A DNA stretch of 64,000 nucleotides from a bacterium (GCA_043812655.1 JBDRLW010000003.1:47580-111579), one strand, 5' to 3'. Counted from the stretch's first letter, positions 1 to 10,639 are shown. Notes: generated by a model from the sequence alone, not told the origin. Translations and numbers: made by a program.

Positions 1-281
1 TCACCCTTTAACTTTATTTTGAGATAATTAGATTGTTCTTCCGCTCCAGCATAATCCTTGTCGCTTTCCACATGATCATTTAAACGTGGCGATAAACACG
101 TTAAATATTGTACGTCGGTCAAAAAAATGTCTATGTCCTTACTGTAGCGGTGATGATAATAGGACATCAACGCCGTCCCTCCGCCAAACGACCATTTATT
201 GACCGGTATTTGTGCTGATTCCAGGTAAGCAATAGCTTTCAATAAAATTTTTTCCCACTTTTCAGTTCTATTATTTAGCAT
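1..281 (-). CDS. AbiEii/AbiGii-family nucleotidyltransferase toxin (partial, runs off window start)
   Basis: Manual translation from ATG at 281: MLNNRTEKWEKILLKAIAYLESAQIPVNKWSFGGGTALMSYYHHRYSKDIDIFL...LSPRLND. The GGTAL and HRxSxDID motifs are typical of the family; start overlaps the end of ORF 271-549. Confidence 0.8.
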   Translation of the reverse strand, partial: MLNNRTEKWEKILLKAIAYLESAQIPVNKWSFGGGTALMSYYHHRYSKDIDIFLTDVQYLTCLSPRLNDHVESDKDYAGAEEQSNYLKIKLKG

Positions 282-549
282 ACTTGAAATACTCCTCGAA
301 CATAAGGTTGCGATAATATTTTCTCACGTTTTTTTTATAATAATTCAATGTTTGTAGCGCCGTCAACTTATGTTTCTTAATAAAACTCAGGATCGTGCTT
401 AATGGTAATTCCGTAAAAAAAGCAAAGATATGGGCGTAATACTCGGCTTTCAATAAACCACTTCGAATGAGAGCGGCCGCCGTTTCCTCAGAAATCGGCT
501 TTTTAACTGAAATATTGATAATGGAAAACAATGAATTATCTTTTTTCAT
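271..549 (-). CDS. Small hypothetical protein, putative antitoxin partner of the downstream AbiEii toxin
   Basis: 92 aa ORF overlapping the toxin start; function inferred from position only. Confidence 0.55.
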   Translation of the reverse strand: MKKDNSLFSIINISVKKPISEETAAALIRSGLLKAEYYAHIFAFFTELPLSTILSFIKKHKLTALQTLNYYKKNVRKYYRNLMFEEYFKYAK

Positions 550-560
550 TTTTTCAGTTC

Positions 561-690
561 CTTCGTTCTTTGGTTCTTTAGTCCTTTGGTCTGTTCTTCC
601 TCTTCACCATTCATTATTCACGATTCACTTAATCCTTACCATGGCTCGACAGGCTCGCCATCCCAGCCATCCCGAGCTCAGTCGAGGGAC
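561..690. repeat. Intergenic cluster of short tandem repeats and GAGC..AGTCGA palindromes
   Basis: GTTCTTTG-like 8-mers (~565-591), TTCAnnA heptamers (603-629), atggctcgacaggctcgccat and tcccgagctcagtcgaggga. Confidence 0.6.
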
Positions 691-706
691 TTACTACTTA
701 ATCTTT

Positions 707-1540
707 TTACTTCTTAATCACGCTATATAACGTCAAGCCAAGCATGATCGTATTAACAAAGCCGGCAAAATCGGAAAAGTAAAAGAAATTCCCTGGGACA
801 TTAATCACATCGCCCCCTAGTATTTCCACATCATTTTTCGAGTCCCCATCATAAATGATCCTTGAGGCATTGATATATTTTTTATCAGGTTTTCCGTTTG
901 CCTGCCTGGCAATTGTCACCGAGCCTAAAAGAGCCTTGGGGCTTGGCCCGCCGGCAAAGCTGATATAGTCAGACAACTTTTTACCTGGCAAATATTCAAA
1001 CCGTCCAACCTTGTTCACTTCCCCATAAACGGAAACGTATTTTTTTTCGCCCATAAAAACCGGTTGGGCGCTATCCCCTGTCGCGTAGATATTAACCATT
1101 CTCGGTTGGATCAGCCGAAACGAAAAAACATATTTTTCCTTGTACCCGCTTTTTATTTTTTTATCGATCGCTTTTTTGGCTTCAACAATAGAAAGTCCAA
1201 GCAGGTTGATCGCCCCAACTTTTGGGAAATAAATTGTCCCTCCCGGTTCAATCGTAAATATCTGATCGAGAGACATTTCATCTTCTCCAATGATCAGATT
1301 AGCAGAAACTATATCGCCAGGGCCAAGCTTATAGGTATTAACATCGATCGCGTCACCAACATAATCAGAAGTTACTGGCAAGCTAGAAGCTGGATTAGCC
1401 GCCGCATAAGCCCTTTTAACATCAGGAATTTGAAACCCCGAGTTTTTTAGATCATCCAAATTAACAGCAAAAATCGGAGAGCTCAATAAAATTATATTAA
1501 TAACAAGAAAACTAGCTATATGCTTGATGATCTTTTTCAT
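707..1540 (-). CDS. Polysaccharide export / SLBB-domain protein (Wza-like)
   Basis: Signal peptide; YKLGPGD..GTIYFPKVG export motif; VSVYGEVNKVG..LSDYISFAGG SLBB motif. Confidence 0.75.
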   Translation of the reverse strand: MKKIIKHIASFLVINIILLSSPIFAVNLDDLKNSGFQIPDVKRAYAAANPASSLPVTSDYVGDAIDVNTYKLGPGDIVSANLIIGEDEMSLDQIFTIEPGGTIYFPKVGAINLLGLSIVEAKKAIDKKIKSGYKEKYVFSFRLIQPRMVNIYATGDSAQPVFMGEKKYVSVYGEVNKVGRFEYLPGKKLSDYISFAGGPSPKALLGSVTIARQANGKPDKKYINASRIIYDGDSKNDVEILGGDVINVPGNFFYFSDFAGFVNTIMLGLTLYSVIKK

Positions 1541-1588
1541 AATCTCCCCCCCCCATTGATTTTATTTTACCAGATATTAGGCACATAT

Positions 1589-2233
1589 TTAGCCTGCCTC
1601 CTTGATCTTGTTGCGGAAAAAAGCGGCAATAGTCTTTGGTGCAGCCGGCTGTTCGCTTAGGTAACGAAGCTTTTCATCGACAACAATATCACCAGTAAAT
1701 GCCAACTGCTCCAGGAACATCCGCTCGCTAAAGACCTCTCCATATTTCTTTTTGGCTATATCAGTTATTTGATCAAGCGCGAGAAAATTATTTTTTACCA
1801 TGACATAAAGATCAAAATAATCACGGTAATTACCGCGTCGGCCCAAAGCATATGCCTTGGTCGCCGCGATATCCTTGATCGATAATAACGGTAAATTTCC
1901 TGTTGTTTTCACCAATGGAAAAAGCGGTCGCCAATAATAATTCAAGAGCGTAATTTTAATATTGCCATCTAGAACTATTGTCAACTCATCAGCCGTATCG
2001 ACTAGAGTGGTAAGATGATATTGGCGCAGTCCGCCCAGAAGTTTTCTTTTAACGGCAAAGGTAATATCCTTATCACGAAAAAGGTCGAAATCGAGTGACT
2101 CACGATGTCCTATCTGCAAAGCTAAAGCCGTACCACCGGCTAGATAATAATCATGGCCTAATACTTTATTGAGCCTGGAAAAAACTGTCTTTCTTTCCGG
2201 ATCAAGTATTTTCCAAAATAATTTTTTATTCAT
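1589..2233 (-). CDS. AbiEii/AbiGii-family nucleotidyltransferase toxin
   Basis: YLAGGTALALQIGHRESLDFDLF and K..A...R...RDYFDLY motifs. Confidence 0.85.
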   Translation of the reverse strand: MNKKLFWKILDPERKTVFSRLNKVLGHDYYLAGGTALALQIGHRESLDFDLFRDKDITFAVKRKLLGGLRQYHLTTLVDTADELTIVLDGNIKITLLNYYWRPLFPLVKTTGNLPLLSIKDIAATKAYALGRRGNYRDYFDLYVMVKNNFLALDQITDIAKKKYGEVFSERMFLEQLAFTGDIVVDEKLRYLSEQPAAPKTIAAFFRNKIKEAG

Positions 2234-2236
2234 TAT

Positions 2237-2473
2237 TTATGCAAACAAAGCCTTAGCGAAAGGCAAGATACTTTTTCGGCTGAATTGCCTGCCATGTTTT
2301 TTGGCAAAATTATAGACCGATTTCCTTCCCAATTTCTTTGCCAAATAACGCAAATGTTCCATCCTTCCTTTTTCCAAAGCCTGGAAGAGGATCGTATCCC
2401 TGTCCTTTTCCAGGGACATTTTATCAAAATCAGCAAACCATAAAATTGACTTGAAATATAACGGCAGTCTCAT
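2237..2473 (-). CDS. DUF6922-like small protein, putative antitoxin
   Basis: SILWFADFDKMSLEKDRDTILFQALEKG pattern; directly upstream of the AbiEii gene. Confidence 0.65.
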   Translation of the reverse strand: MRLPLYFKSILWFADFDKMSLEKDRDTILFQALEKGRMEHLRYLAKKLGRKSVYNFAKKHGRQFSRKSILPFAKALFA

Positions 2474-2477
2474 GATA

Positions 2478-3584
2478 TTATTTTACCAGATTTTCAAGAT
2501 ACTTTCCAATCGCCAAACAACTTGTCAACCCGGGACTCTCTATCCCAATCAAATTAATAAACCTTGGACAACCATTTTCTTTCTCTTCCTTGATCACAAA
2601 ATCCCTAAACCCATCGTTTGGACCTTGAAGTTTTGGCCGCATTCCCGCTGTATCTGGCGCCAGCATCGCTTCATCGACCCAAGGCAAATAGGTTTTAACC
2701 GCTTGATAAAAATCTTTCCTTTTAGCTGGATCTACATCATAATAAATTTTTTCGACATATTCAGTATCCGGCCCCAGTCTAATGTACCCATCAAGATCAA
2801 GAGTAGCATGCACTCCAAGCCCATGTCCCTGTTCATGCGGCACCGGATAAACCAGATGGTTTAATTTCCCTTTAGACCCAGTTACCCCGAAATAATCACC
2901 TTTACAATAATAGAGCCTGTAACCAAGCTTATCAATATCAAACCCGGCTAACTGCGCCATTTTATCGGCGTTTAAACCAGCACAGTTGATCACCCATTCA
3001 CTCTGAATACTTTCCCCATTCTGATCAGTTAAAACATACCCATCCCCTTGTTTCTTTATCTCTTTTGTCTCGCTTCCAAACGCGAACATAACCCCGTTCT
3101 TCTCGGCTTTTTTATTTAAGCAATCCATTAAACCATGAGAATCAATGATCCCCGTCGAACCGGAAAAAATACCGTTCAACGCAAAAACATTTGGTTCGAG
3201 AGCCAAAACATCTTCTTTTGTCAATAATCTTAGATCAGGGACCCCAACCGAAACAGCATTATTATAAATTGATTCTATTTTTTTGGCTTCAGCTTCGTTG
3301 GTTGAAATAATTATCTTGCCGCATTTTTTATGCTTCACACCATTTTCCGCACAAAACTGATATAAAAGTTTGTTACCTTGAAGACATAAAAGACTTTTCA
3401 ATGAGTCTTTAGGATAATAAATCCCAGCGTGGATAACTTCACTATTGCGGCTGCTAGTCTCTTGGCCAAAGCTATCATGCATCTCAAAAACTACGATATC
3501 GCCATCAATTTTTTGTGATAAGGCTTCGGCGATCGCAAGTCCAATAACGCCGGCTCCAATTATTGATACTTTGACATTGTCCAT
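2478..3584 (-). CDS. FAD-dependent oxidoreductase, L-2-hydroxyglutarate oxidase (LhgO)-like
   Basis: IIGAGVIG, ETSSRNSEVIHAGIYY, GIESPGLTS motifs. Confidence 0.85.
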   Translation of the reverse strand: MDNVKVSIIGAGVIGLAIAEALSQKIDGDIVVFEMHDSFGQETSSRNSEVIHAGIYYPKDSLKSLLCLQGNKLLYQFCAENGVKHKKCGKIIISTNEAEAKKIESIYNNAVSVGVPDLRLLTKEDVLALEPNVFALNGIFSGSTGIIDSHGLMDCLNKKAEKNGVMFAFGSETKEIKKQGDGYVLTDQNGESIQSEWVINCAGLNADKMAQLAGFDIDKLGYRLYYCKGDYFGVTGSKGKLNHLVYPVPHEQGHGLGVHATLDLDGYIRLGPDTEYVEKIYYDVDPAKRKDFYQAVKTYLPWVDEAMLAPDTAGMRPKLQGPNDGFRDFVIKEEKENGCPRFINLIGIESPGLTSCLAIGKYLENLVK

Positions 3585-3586
3585 AT

Positions 3587-4006
3587 TTACCCCATCTGTC
3601 CCGCCTTCGGCGGGACATCTTCCCCTTGGTAAGGGGAAGAATATAAGGAATTATCAATCTTATCTCGAATACTAGCAATCACTTGTTCAAGATTATTAAA
3701 AACCTCTTCATTTGTAAAACGAATGAAATTGATTTCTAAACATTCTATCAATTTCTGTCGTGCTTTATCATAATTGCGTTGATTTCTACTAAGATGATAA
3801 CCACCATCAATTTCAATTCCCAACCTGACTTCTGGTGAATAAAAATCAATCACAAAACCCTTAATGCTATATTGTCTTCGGAACTTATGCCCATTAACTT
3901 TTCGTTTTCTTATTTGTTCCCATAATATTTTCTCGGCTTCCGTCATATTCTTACGCAGTATTTGTCTTTTTTCTCGATCACGACTTCTATTATATATCTT
4001 TGTCAT
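3587..4006 (-). CDS. DUF559 / Vsr-like endonuclease
   Basis: LRKNMTEAEKILW, KFRRQY, FVIDFY, IEIDGGYH, D..R...IRFTNEEV motifs. Confidence 0.85.
   Translation of the reverse strand: MTKIYNRSRDREKRQILRKNMTEAEKILWEQIRKRKVNGHKFRRQYSIKGFVIDFYSPEVRLGIEIDGGYHLSRNQRNYDKARQKLIECLEINFIRFTNEEVFNNLEQVIASIRDKIDNSLYSSPYQGEDVPPKAGQMG
3590..3640 (+). repeat. REP-like unit at one end of the DUF559 cassette
   Basis: CCCCATCTGTC-ccgccttcggcgg-GACAT-CTTCCCCTTGGTAAGGGGAAG, two hairpins. Confidence 0.7.
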
Positions 4007-4040
4007 AAACGCTGATTCTCCCCTATCTTTAACGCCGATA

Positions 4041-4104
4041 TCTCCCCCTTACCAAGGGGGAGATTATAGAGGGGGTAATCCATGTCACGAAGTGACAGAG
4101 GGGG
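4041..4104 (-). repeat. REP-like unit at the other end of the DUF559 cassette, inverted relative to 3590-3640
   Basis: Minus strand CCCCTCTGTC-acttcgt-GACAT...CTCCCCCTTGGTAAGGGGGAG; overlaps the carB stop. Confidence 0.7.
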
Positions 4105-7100
4105 TATGATAATCCTGCAGTGCCTTAACATCAAACCCTTTCTTCTTCGCGGCTTCAATGCCATTAACCGTAGCCTGGGCGCCAGAGATGGTGGTAATAA
4201 GAGGAATGTTATGCATAACCGCAGCGGAGCGGATCTTGGTTTCATCAACCTTGGTCTGCTTGCCGCCAGGAGTATTTATTAGAAGTGAAATCTCCCCTTT
4301 ATTAACTAAATCAAGAATGTCATTGCCACTTTCGCTTAATTTTTGAATAACTTCACAATCAATCCCGTTCTTCTTTAATACTCCGCCCGTCCCAGCCGTA
4401 GCCACAATGGAGAAGCCTAGGTCAGCCAATTTTTTAACAATATAAACGATCGACCGCTTATCCCGGTTGTTGACCGAAACAAAGATCTTCCCCTTTAATG
4501 GTAAATTCTGCCCTGCCGCAATCTGCGACTTCATAAAAGCAGTCCCAAAATCGTTATCGATCCCCATCACTTCACCGGTTGAGCGCATCTCGGGACCCAA
4601 GATCGCATCGGCTCCAGGGAAACGATTAAACGGAAAGACCGCTTCTTTAACCGAGACATGTTTAGGCTCAACTTCGGTTAAAATCCCTTGCTGTTTTAGC
4701 GTTTTGCCAATCATCACCTTGGTCGCCACTTTGGCCCAAGGAACACCGGTTGCCTTGGAGACAAAGGGAACGGTCCGTGAAGCCCGGGGATTGACCTCCA
4801 AAACATAGACCCGATCATTCTTGACCGCGAATTGGATATTCATTAAACCTTTAACTTTGAGCTCTTTAGCCATGGCATAAGTATTATGCTTAATGGTTTC
4901 AATGATATCGGCGCTTAAAGAAAATGGGGGTAATGAACAAGCGGAATCTCCCGAATGGATCCCCGCTTCTTCGATATGCTCCATGATACCGCAAACCACC
5001 GTCTGCTTCCCATCAGAGACCGCGTCAACATCAACTTCGATCGCGTCTTCCAAAAACTTATCGACCAAAACTGGATGTTCAGGCGAAACTTGAACTGCTG
5101 TTGACATAAATTCATCTAGGTCTTTATCGTCATAAACAAGCCGCATTGCCCGGCCGCCTAAGACGTACGAGGGCCGGACCAAACAAGGATAACCGATCTT
5201 TTTGGCGATCTTCCGCGCTTCCTTGGTTGAGTAAACGGTCCCGTTTGGCGCTTGATGCAATTTTAATTTTTTAAGCATGGCCGCGAAGCGTTTGCGGTCT
5301 TCCGCCCGGTCGATCTGCTTTGGGGAAGTCCCAATTATTCTTGCCCCTGCTTCTTTTAAAGGCAGAGCCAGATTCAACGGCGTTTGGCCGCCAAACTGGA
5401 CAATGATCCCATCAGGCCTTTCTTTTTCAATGATACTTAGAACATCTTCCCGCGTTAATGGTTCAAAATAAAGTTTGTCGGAAGTATCATAATCGGTCGA
5501 AACCGTTTCGGGGTTGGAATTGACCATGATCGATTCGATCCCTTCTTCCCGCAAGGCGAACGAGGCATGGACGCAGCAATAATCAAATTCGATCCCTTGC
5601 CCGATCCGATTCGGACCGCCGCCTAAGATCATTACCTTCTTTTTTTGGGTTCGCTTTACTTCATCTTCTTGCTCATAAGTCGAGTAATAATAAGGCGTGT
5701 AAGCTTCAAACTCAGCCGCGCAGGTATCGACCAGTTTATAAACTGGCGCGACCCCAAGCGCATTTCGCTTGGCATAAATTTCTTTTTCGGTTTTCCCGAT
5801 CAAATAAGCCAGCTGTTTATCAGAAAATCCGCATTGCTTAGCTTGATACAACAAATCTTTCTCTTCTAATATTCCCGGACCTTGGACCTTGATCCTGGTC
5901 TCTTCTTCTATTATCTCAACGATATTTTCTAAGAACCACGGATCAACCTTGGTCAATTCATAGACCTTTTTTACCTGCATCCCCGTTTTAAGAGCGTGCT
6001 TAATATAGAAAATCCGGCGGTCATTGGGTGTCTTTAACTTTTCAATTAATAATTCTTCTTTGATAAATTCTTTGCCGTCAGCCCCCAACCCCGCCCGGCC
6101 AACTTCGAGCGAGCGCAAACCTTTCTGCAGCGCTTCTTTAAATGTCCGCCCGATCGCCATCGTTTCACCAACCGACTTCATTGAGGTGCCGATTACAGCC
6201 GGAGTATCGGGGAACTTCTCAAACGTGAACCGGGGGATCTTCACTACGCAATAATCGATCGACGGCTCAAACGAGGCCGGAGTTTCTTTGGTTATATCAT
6301 TGGGGATTTCATCTAATGTATAGCCGACCGCCAACTTGGCCGCGATCTTGGCGATCGGAAAACCGGTCGCTTTTGATGCCAAGGCTGACGAACGGGAAAC
6401 TCGCGGATTCATTTCAATTATCACCATTCGCCCGGTATCTGGATGGACACCAAATTGGATATTGGAACCACCGGTTTCAACCCCGATCGCTCGGATCGCC
6501 GCTAGCGACTGGTCACGCATCTTTTGGTATTCTCTATCGGTTAAGGTTTGTGCTGGTGCCACAGTGATCGAATCACCAGTGTGAACCCCCATCGCGTCAA
6601 GATTCTCGATCGAACAGATAATGACAACATTATCTTTCTTGTCACGCATCACCTCAAGTTCGTACTCTTTCCAACCAGTCAGGTCTTCTTCAATTAATAC
6701 TTCGGAAGTCGGTGAAAGTTCCAGTCCTTTGCTCACTACTTCTTTATATTCTTCCATCGTGTGGGCAACGCCAGAACCAGTGCCGCCAAGCGTAAAACTG
6801 GGACGAATAATAACTGGTAAACCAACACCATCGATCTTTTTTAGAGCTTCTTCAATCGTCTTGGCAAAAAAGCTCTTCGGAAGATCAAGCCCCGCTTCTT
6901 CCATCGCTTTTTTGAAGAGTTCTCGATTTTCCGCTTTTTTGATCGCTTTAACATCGGCCCCGATCATCTCGATCCCATATTTATCAAGGATCCCTGTTTC
7001 GGCAATCCCGATCGCGGTATTAAGCGCTGTTTGTCCGCCAATTGTCGGCAAGATCGCCTGCGGCCGCTCTTTTTCAATGATCTTGCAGCACATTTCCACC

Positions 7101-7309
7101 GTGATCGGTTCGATATAAGTCCGATGCGCCATTTCGGGGTCGGTCATGATCGTGGCTGGGTTGGAATTAATTAAAACAATCTCATACCCTTCTTCGCGCA
7201 AGGCTTTACACGCCTGCGAACCAGAATAATCAAATTCGCAGGCCTGACCAATTATGATCGGCCCCGCGCCAATGATCATTATTTTTTTTATGTCCGTCCT
7301 CTTAGGCAT
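4085..7309 (-). CDS. carB: Carbamoyl-phosphate synthase large subunit
   Basis: Canonical [10 protein letters not shown] start, [10 protein letters not shown], duplicated ATP-grasp domains, MGS domain. Confidence 0.98.
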   Translation of the reverse strand: MPKRTDIKKIMIIGAGPIIIGQACEFDYSGSQACKALREEGYEIVLINSNPATIMTDPEMAHRTYIEPITVEMCCKIIEKERPQAILPTIGGQTALNTAIGIAETGILDKYGIEMIGADVKAIKKAENRELFKKAMEEAGLDLPKSFFAKTIEEALKKIDGVGLPVIIRPSFTLGGTGSGVAHTMEEYKEVVSKGLELSPTSEVLIEEDLTGWKEYELEVMRDKKDNVVIICSIENLDAMGVHTGDSITVAPAQTLTDREYQKMRDQSLAAIRAIGVETGGSNIQFGVHPDTGRMVIIEMNPRVSRSSALASKATGFPIAKIAAKLAVGYTLDEIPNDITKETPASFEPSIDYCVVKIPRFTFEKFPDTPAVIGTSMKSVGETMAIGRTFKEALQKGLRSLEVGRAGLGADGKEFIKEELLIEKLKTPNDRRIFYIKHALKTGMQVKKVYELTKVDPWFLENIVEIIEEETRIKVQGPGILEEKDLLYQAKQCGFSDKQLAYLIGKTEKEIYAKRNALGVAPVYKLVDTCAAEFEAYTPYYYSTYEQEDEVKRTQKKKVMILGGGPNRIGQGIEFDYCCVHASFALREEGIESIMVNSNPETVSTDYDTSDKLYFEPLTREDVLSIIEKERPDGIIVQFGGQTPLNLALPLKEAGARIIGTSPKQIDRAEDRKRFAAMLKKLKLHQAPNGTVYSTKEARKIAKKIGYPCLVRPSYVLGGRAMRLVYDDKDLDEFMSTAVQVSPEHPVLVDKFLEDAIEVDVDAVSDGKQTVVCGIMEHIEEAGIHSGDSACSLPPFSLSADIIETIKHNTYAMAKELKVKGLMNIQFAVKNDRVYVLEVNPRASRTVPFVSKATGVPWAKVATKVMIGKTLKQQGILTEVEPKHVSVKEAVFPFNRFPGADAILGPEMRSTGEVMGIDNDFGTAFMKSQIAAGQNLPLKGKIFVSVNNRDKRSIVYIVKKLADLGFSIVATAGTGGVLKKNGIDCEVIQKLSESGNDILDLVNKGEISLLINTPGGKQTKVDETKIRSAAVMHNIPLITTISGAQATVNGIEAAKKKGFDVKALQDYHTPSVTS

Positions 7310-8435
7310 GTCTCGACTCACTTCGTTCGCTCGACATTAAACTTGCGAAGTCATTAAACAAGTAATGGGCATCATGCGGTCCTGGTCCCGCCTCCGGATG
7401 ATATTGGACAGAAAAGATCGGTAAGGTTTTATGTTTCATCCCTTCAACTGTCTTATCATTTAAATTAATGTGGGTCAGCTCGACCGTTCCTTTGGGAATG
7501 GAATCGATATCAACAGCAAACCCATGGTTTTGGGCAGTGATAGCCACTTTTCTCGTCTGCAAATCCATAACCGGTTGGTTGCCGCCATGATGGCCAAACT
7601 TTAATTTATAGGTCTTGCCGCCTAAAGCTAGCCCTAACAATTGGTGTCCCAAACAGATCCCAAAGATCGGTTTCTTCCCGATTAGTTGTTTAATATTTTT
7701 GATCGCGTAAGTCACCGCCGCTGGATCAGCTGGCCCGTTAGACAGGAATATCCCGTCTGGATTCATGGCCATGACTTTTTCCGCCGGAAAATCGGCGGGG
7801 ACAACAGTGACTCGACAACCCGCCGCAACAAGATTATTTAGAATACTAAACTTGATCCCATAATCATACGCCACCACATTAAATTCAGGCTTTCTACATT
7901 CATTGGTCATTGGAAATTGGTCATTGGTCATTTTCCACTCATGCGGCTCTTTACAAGTAACGGTCTTAACCAGATCAACCCCTTCAACTCCCTGACAATT
8001 TTTGGCTCTCCTTATCAAATGCCTTTCATTTAAATCAACTGTCGAGATTATTCCTTTCAAAGAACCCTTTGTCCGCAGCCGCCGAGTTAACATCCGGGTA
8101 TCGATCCCTTCGATCCCCACGATCCCATATTTTTTAAGATAGTCGCCAAGCCCGCTGGTCGAGCGGAAATTTGAAGCTATCCTTGAATTTTCCCTGACAA
8201 TAAAACCTTCGCATTGGGGGATGGTCGACTCCAGGTCTTCTTCATTAACACCGTAATTGCCGATCAAGGGGTAAGTCATCGTTACGATCTGGCCTTTGTA
8301 GGAAGGATCGGTCAAGATTTCTTGATAACCAGAAAGAGAGGTATTGAAAACGATCTCCCCGCTCTTCTCACCCTCGGAGCCAAAAGAGCGACCATGAAAA
8401 ACCGTCCCATCTTCTAAAGCTAAAACTGCTTTCAT
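7302..8435 (-). CDS. carA: Carbamoyl-phosphate synthase small subunit
   Basis: [34 protein letters not shown] motifs. Confidence 0.97.
   Translation of the reverse strand: MKAVLALEDGTVFHGRSFGSEGEKSGEIVFNTSLSGYQEILTDPSYKGQIVTMTYPLIGNYGVNEEDLESTIPQCEGFIVRENSRIASNFRSTSGLGDYLKKYGIVGIEGIDTRMLTRRLRTKGSLKGIISTVDLNERHLIRRAKNCQGVEGVDLVKTVTCKEPHEWKMTNDQFPMTNECRKPEFNVVAYDYGIKFSILNNLVAAGCRVTVVPADFPAEKVMAMNPDGIFLSNGPADPAAVTYAIKNIKQLIGKKPIFGICLGHQLLGLALGGKTYKLKFGHHGGNQPVMDLQTRKVAITAQNHGFAVDIDSIPKGTVELTHINLNDKTVEGMKHKTLPIFSVQYHPEAGPGPHDAHYLFNDFASLMSSERSESRHA
7308..7337. repeat. GAGC..AGTCGA-family palindrome at the carA/carB junction
   Basis: atgtctcgactcacttcgttcgctcgacat, nearly identical to 12128-12153; encodes the carA C-terminus [10 protein letters not shown]. 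Confidence 0.7.
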
Positions 8436-8523
8436 TTTGTCATAAAAAAAGCGCCTGGCAAAAAACTCCACGCGCTTAGTCCCATTAAAGCAAAATTATA
8501 ACAGCTTTAAGTTGTCCGGTCAA
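8432..8523 (-). promoter_or_regulatory. carA promoter with leader ORF and intrinsic terminator (candidate attenuator)
   Basis: TTGACC-N17-TATAAT (8523-8495); leader ORF 8485-8432 [17 protein letters not shown]; hairpin AGCGCGTGG..CCAGGCGC followed by T7 just before the carA ATG. Confidence 0.6.
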
Positions 8524-9344
8524 ACTGAGAAGATCTCAACCCCACTATCAGCAGTTTCAACATAATAACTTCGACCATATTCTTTGCGGATCTCGCGTAA
8601 TTTTTTATCATCAGCCGGGAAACCAAAGACGCTCGAGCCACTTCCCGACATCTGCGCAAAAGTACAACCCAATTCCAGCATTCGATCCTTAACTTTTTGA
8701 ATGACCGGATATTTCTTTATCACTACAGATTCTAAATCGTTCTTACTACCTTCATTTTTCATTTTGCATTTTTCATTTTTCATTTGACTCTCATCCCATG
8801 CGTCATATGCCCATTTTGTAGAGACCTCAACTTCAGGAATTACTAAAAGGTAATTACGCGTTTCGTTTAACGTATTACGCGTTACCCTTTCCCCCCGCCC
8901 CTTCACCGTACAATTCCCCCCCATAATGCAAAAAGGAACATCGGAACCGATCTTAGCGCCTACGACCATTAGCTCTTCCTGGCTAAGCTTCTTACCATAT
9001 ATATTATTAAGGCCGACCAAAACCGCGGCGGCATCTGCCGAACCCCCAGCCAGCCCTGCCCCCACCGGGATCTGCTTCTCAATATATATCTTTATTCCGC
9101 TACTCCCTACCCCCTGCACCCTAAAAAACTCTTCTGCCGCCTTATAAGCTAAATTCTTATTATTAGTTGGTAGCTGTAAATTGGTCGTAATGACTTCAAT
9201 GCCGGAGTCAATTGGAGTTAATGTAAGAGTATCAAAAAGAGTGACCGACTGCATGACCGACTCGAGTTCATGGTAGCTATCTTGGCGAGTCCCCAGGATT
9301 TTAAGCGAGAGGTTGATCTTGGCAAAAGCTTTAAGCTTCAGCAC
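8520..9344 (-). CDS. ispE: 4-diphosphocytidyl-2-C-methyl-D-erythritol kinase
   Basis: AKINLSL, IPVGAGLAGGSADAAA, GSDVPF, MSGSGS motifs. Confidence 0.95.
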   Translation of the reverse strand: MLKLKAFAKINLSLKILGTRQDSYHELESVMQSVTLFDTLTLTPIDSGIEVITTNLQLPTNNKNLAYKAAEEFFRVQGVGSSGIKIYIEKQIPVGAGLAGGSADAAAVLVGLNNIYGKKLSQEELMVVGAKIGSDVPFCIMGGNCTVKGRGERVTRNTLNETRNYLLVIPEVEVSTKWAYDAWDESQMKNEKCKMKNEGSKNDLESVVIKKYPVIQKVKDRMLELGCTFAQMSGSGSSVFGFPADDKKLREIRKEYGRSYYVETADSGVEIFSV

Positions 9345-9620
9345 TTATTTGTTTTTGTTAAAAGCGATCATCAAGCGTGATTTCAAGCGGGCTGCTTTAT
9401 TCGCATGGATGATCCCGCGTTCGGCCGCTTTATCAAGGATAGAAACAACTTGCTTCAGTTTATCGGCCGCCTCGGCAATTTTACCAGTGATCGCGGTCCT
9501 GGCAGCCTTAATGGCTTTCTTTATGGTATCTTTTTCTTTGATATTGCGTGCGCGCCGCTTCTTGGTCTGGCGGACGTTCTTAATTCCTTTTCGTTTAACA
9601 ACTTTTTTCTTTTCTGCCAT
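9345..9620 (-). CDS. rpsT: 30S ribosomal protein S20
   Basis: LDKAAERGIIHANKAARLKSRL. Confidence 0.95.
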   Translation of the reverse strand: MAEKKKVVKRKGIKNVRQTKKRRARNIKEKDTIKKAIKAARTAITGKIAEAADKLKQVVSILDKAAERGIIHANKAARLKSRLMIAFNKNK

Positions 9621-9650
9621 TTTTCTCCTCCTAAACAGGATCAACTACAA

Positions 9651-9680
9651 TTGACATGATAACACAAATAATAGTAAAAT
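9651..9680 (+). promoter_or_regulatory. Sigma70-type promoter for accD
   Basis: TTGACA-N18-TAAAAT. Confidence 0.5.
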
Positions 9681-9691
9681 ATCAAGCTAGA

Positions 9692-10549
9692 TTGAGTATA
9701 AGCGATTGGTTTAAACGAAAAAAGCTGGCTCAGGAAGCCACCGCAACCCGCGCCCGACTAGATATCCCCAATAATTTATGGGTCAAGTGCGGTCAGTGCG
9801 GTACGGCTATTTATAAGAAAGATCTGGAAGCCAACCAAAAAGTTTGCCCCAAATGTGAATTTCATTTTAAGGTGAGCTCGGCCGAAAGGATCGCCCAGTT
9901 ATTTGAGCCGGAAAGTTTTGTGGAGATCAACCACGATATTACTTCGAAAAACTTCCTTGATTTCTCCGACACTAAAAATTACACCGCCAGGATCGATGGA
10001 TCGATCGCTAAATCAGGGCTGAAAGACGCCATCGTTACCGGCACCGGCAAGATCGGCCAGCATGAAGTCGCCTTTGGCGGGATGGATTTTTCTTTCATGG
10101 GGGGAAGCATGGGTTCGGTCGTCGGGGAGAAAATTGCCCGATTGATAGAGGTCGCTGTTGAGCAGAAGATCCCGGTCATTATTGTCTCAACCTCCGGCGG
10201 GGCCAGGATGCAGGAAAGCATAATGTCGCTGATGCAAATGGCTAAAACTTCCGCTGCCCTGGGACGCCTGCGGGAAAACGGCCTCCCCTATATTTCAATT
10301 TTAACCGACCCAACAACCGGCGGCGTTTCCGCCAGCTACGCCATGCTGGGCGATATTAATATCGCGGAACCGGGCGCTCTTATCTGTTTTGCCGGTCCCC
10401 GGGTAATTGAACAAACGATCAGGCAAAAACTCCCGCCCGGTTTTCAACGGGCTGAATTCTTGCAAGAGCACGGGATGATCGACGTAGTGTGCTCAAGAAA
10501 ACATTTAAAAGAAACATTAACAAGAATATTAAAATTCTTTAAAAATTAG
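9692..10549 (+). CDS. accD: Acetyl-CoA carboxylase carboxyltransferase beta subunit
   Basis: LWVKC..C zinc finger, FMGGSMG, SGGARMQE, DPTTGGV; probable TTG start at 9692. Confidence 0.95.
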   Translation: MSISDWFKRKKLAQEATATRARLDIPNNLWVKCGQCGTAIYKKDLEANQKVCPKCEFHFKVSSAERIAQLFEPESFVEINHDITSKNFLDFSDTKNYTARIDGSIAKSGLKDAIVTGTGKIGQHEVAFGGMDFSFMGGSMGSVVGEKIARLIEVAVEQKIPVIIVSTSGGARMQESIMSLMQMAKTSAALGRLRENGLPYISILTDPTTGGVSASYAMLGDINIAEPGALICFAGPRVIEQTIRQKLPPGFQRAEFLQEHGMIDVVCSRKHLKETLTRILKFFKN

Positions 10550-10557
10550 GTAACGAT

Positions 10558-10623
10558 GGAACCTGAGAATGAAATTCTCGGTTCCATAGAAAACCGGAAC
10601 CGCGACTTTTAGTCGCAGGTTCC
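10558..10623. repeat. Inverted REP doublet (GGAACC-T-G family)
   Basis: GGAACCTGAGAATGAAATTCTCGGTTCC and GGAACCGCGACTTTTAGTCGCAGGTTCC in opposite orientation. Confidence 0.8.
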
Positions 10624-10639
10624 GAATAAAGGAATTAAA

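Noticed and set aside
7310..8471. ORF-track starts for carB (7321) and carA (8471)
   Set aside because: The conserved N-termini begin at 7309 (MPKRTD) and 8435 (MKAVLAL); the extensions come from a palindrome and the leader region.
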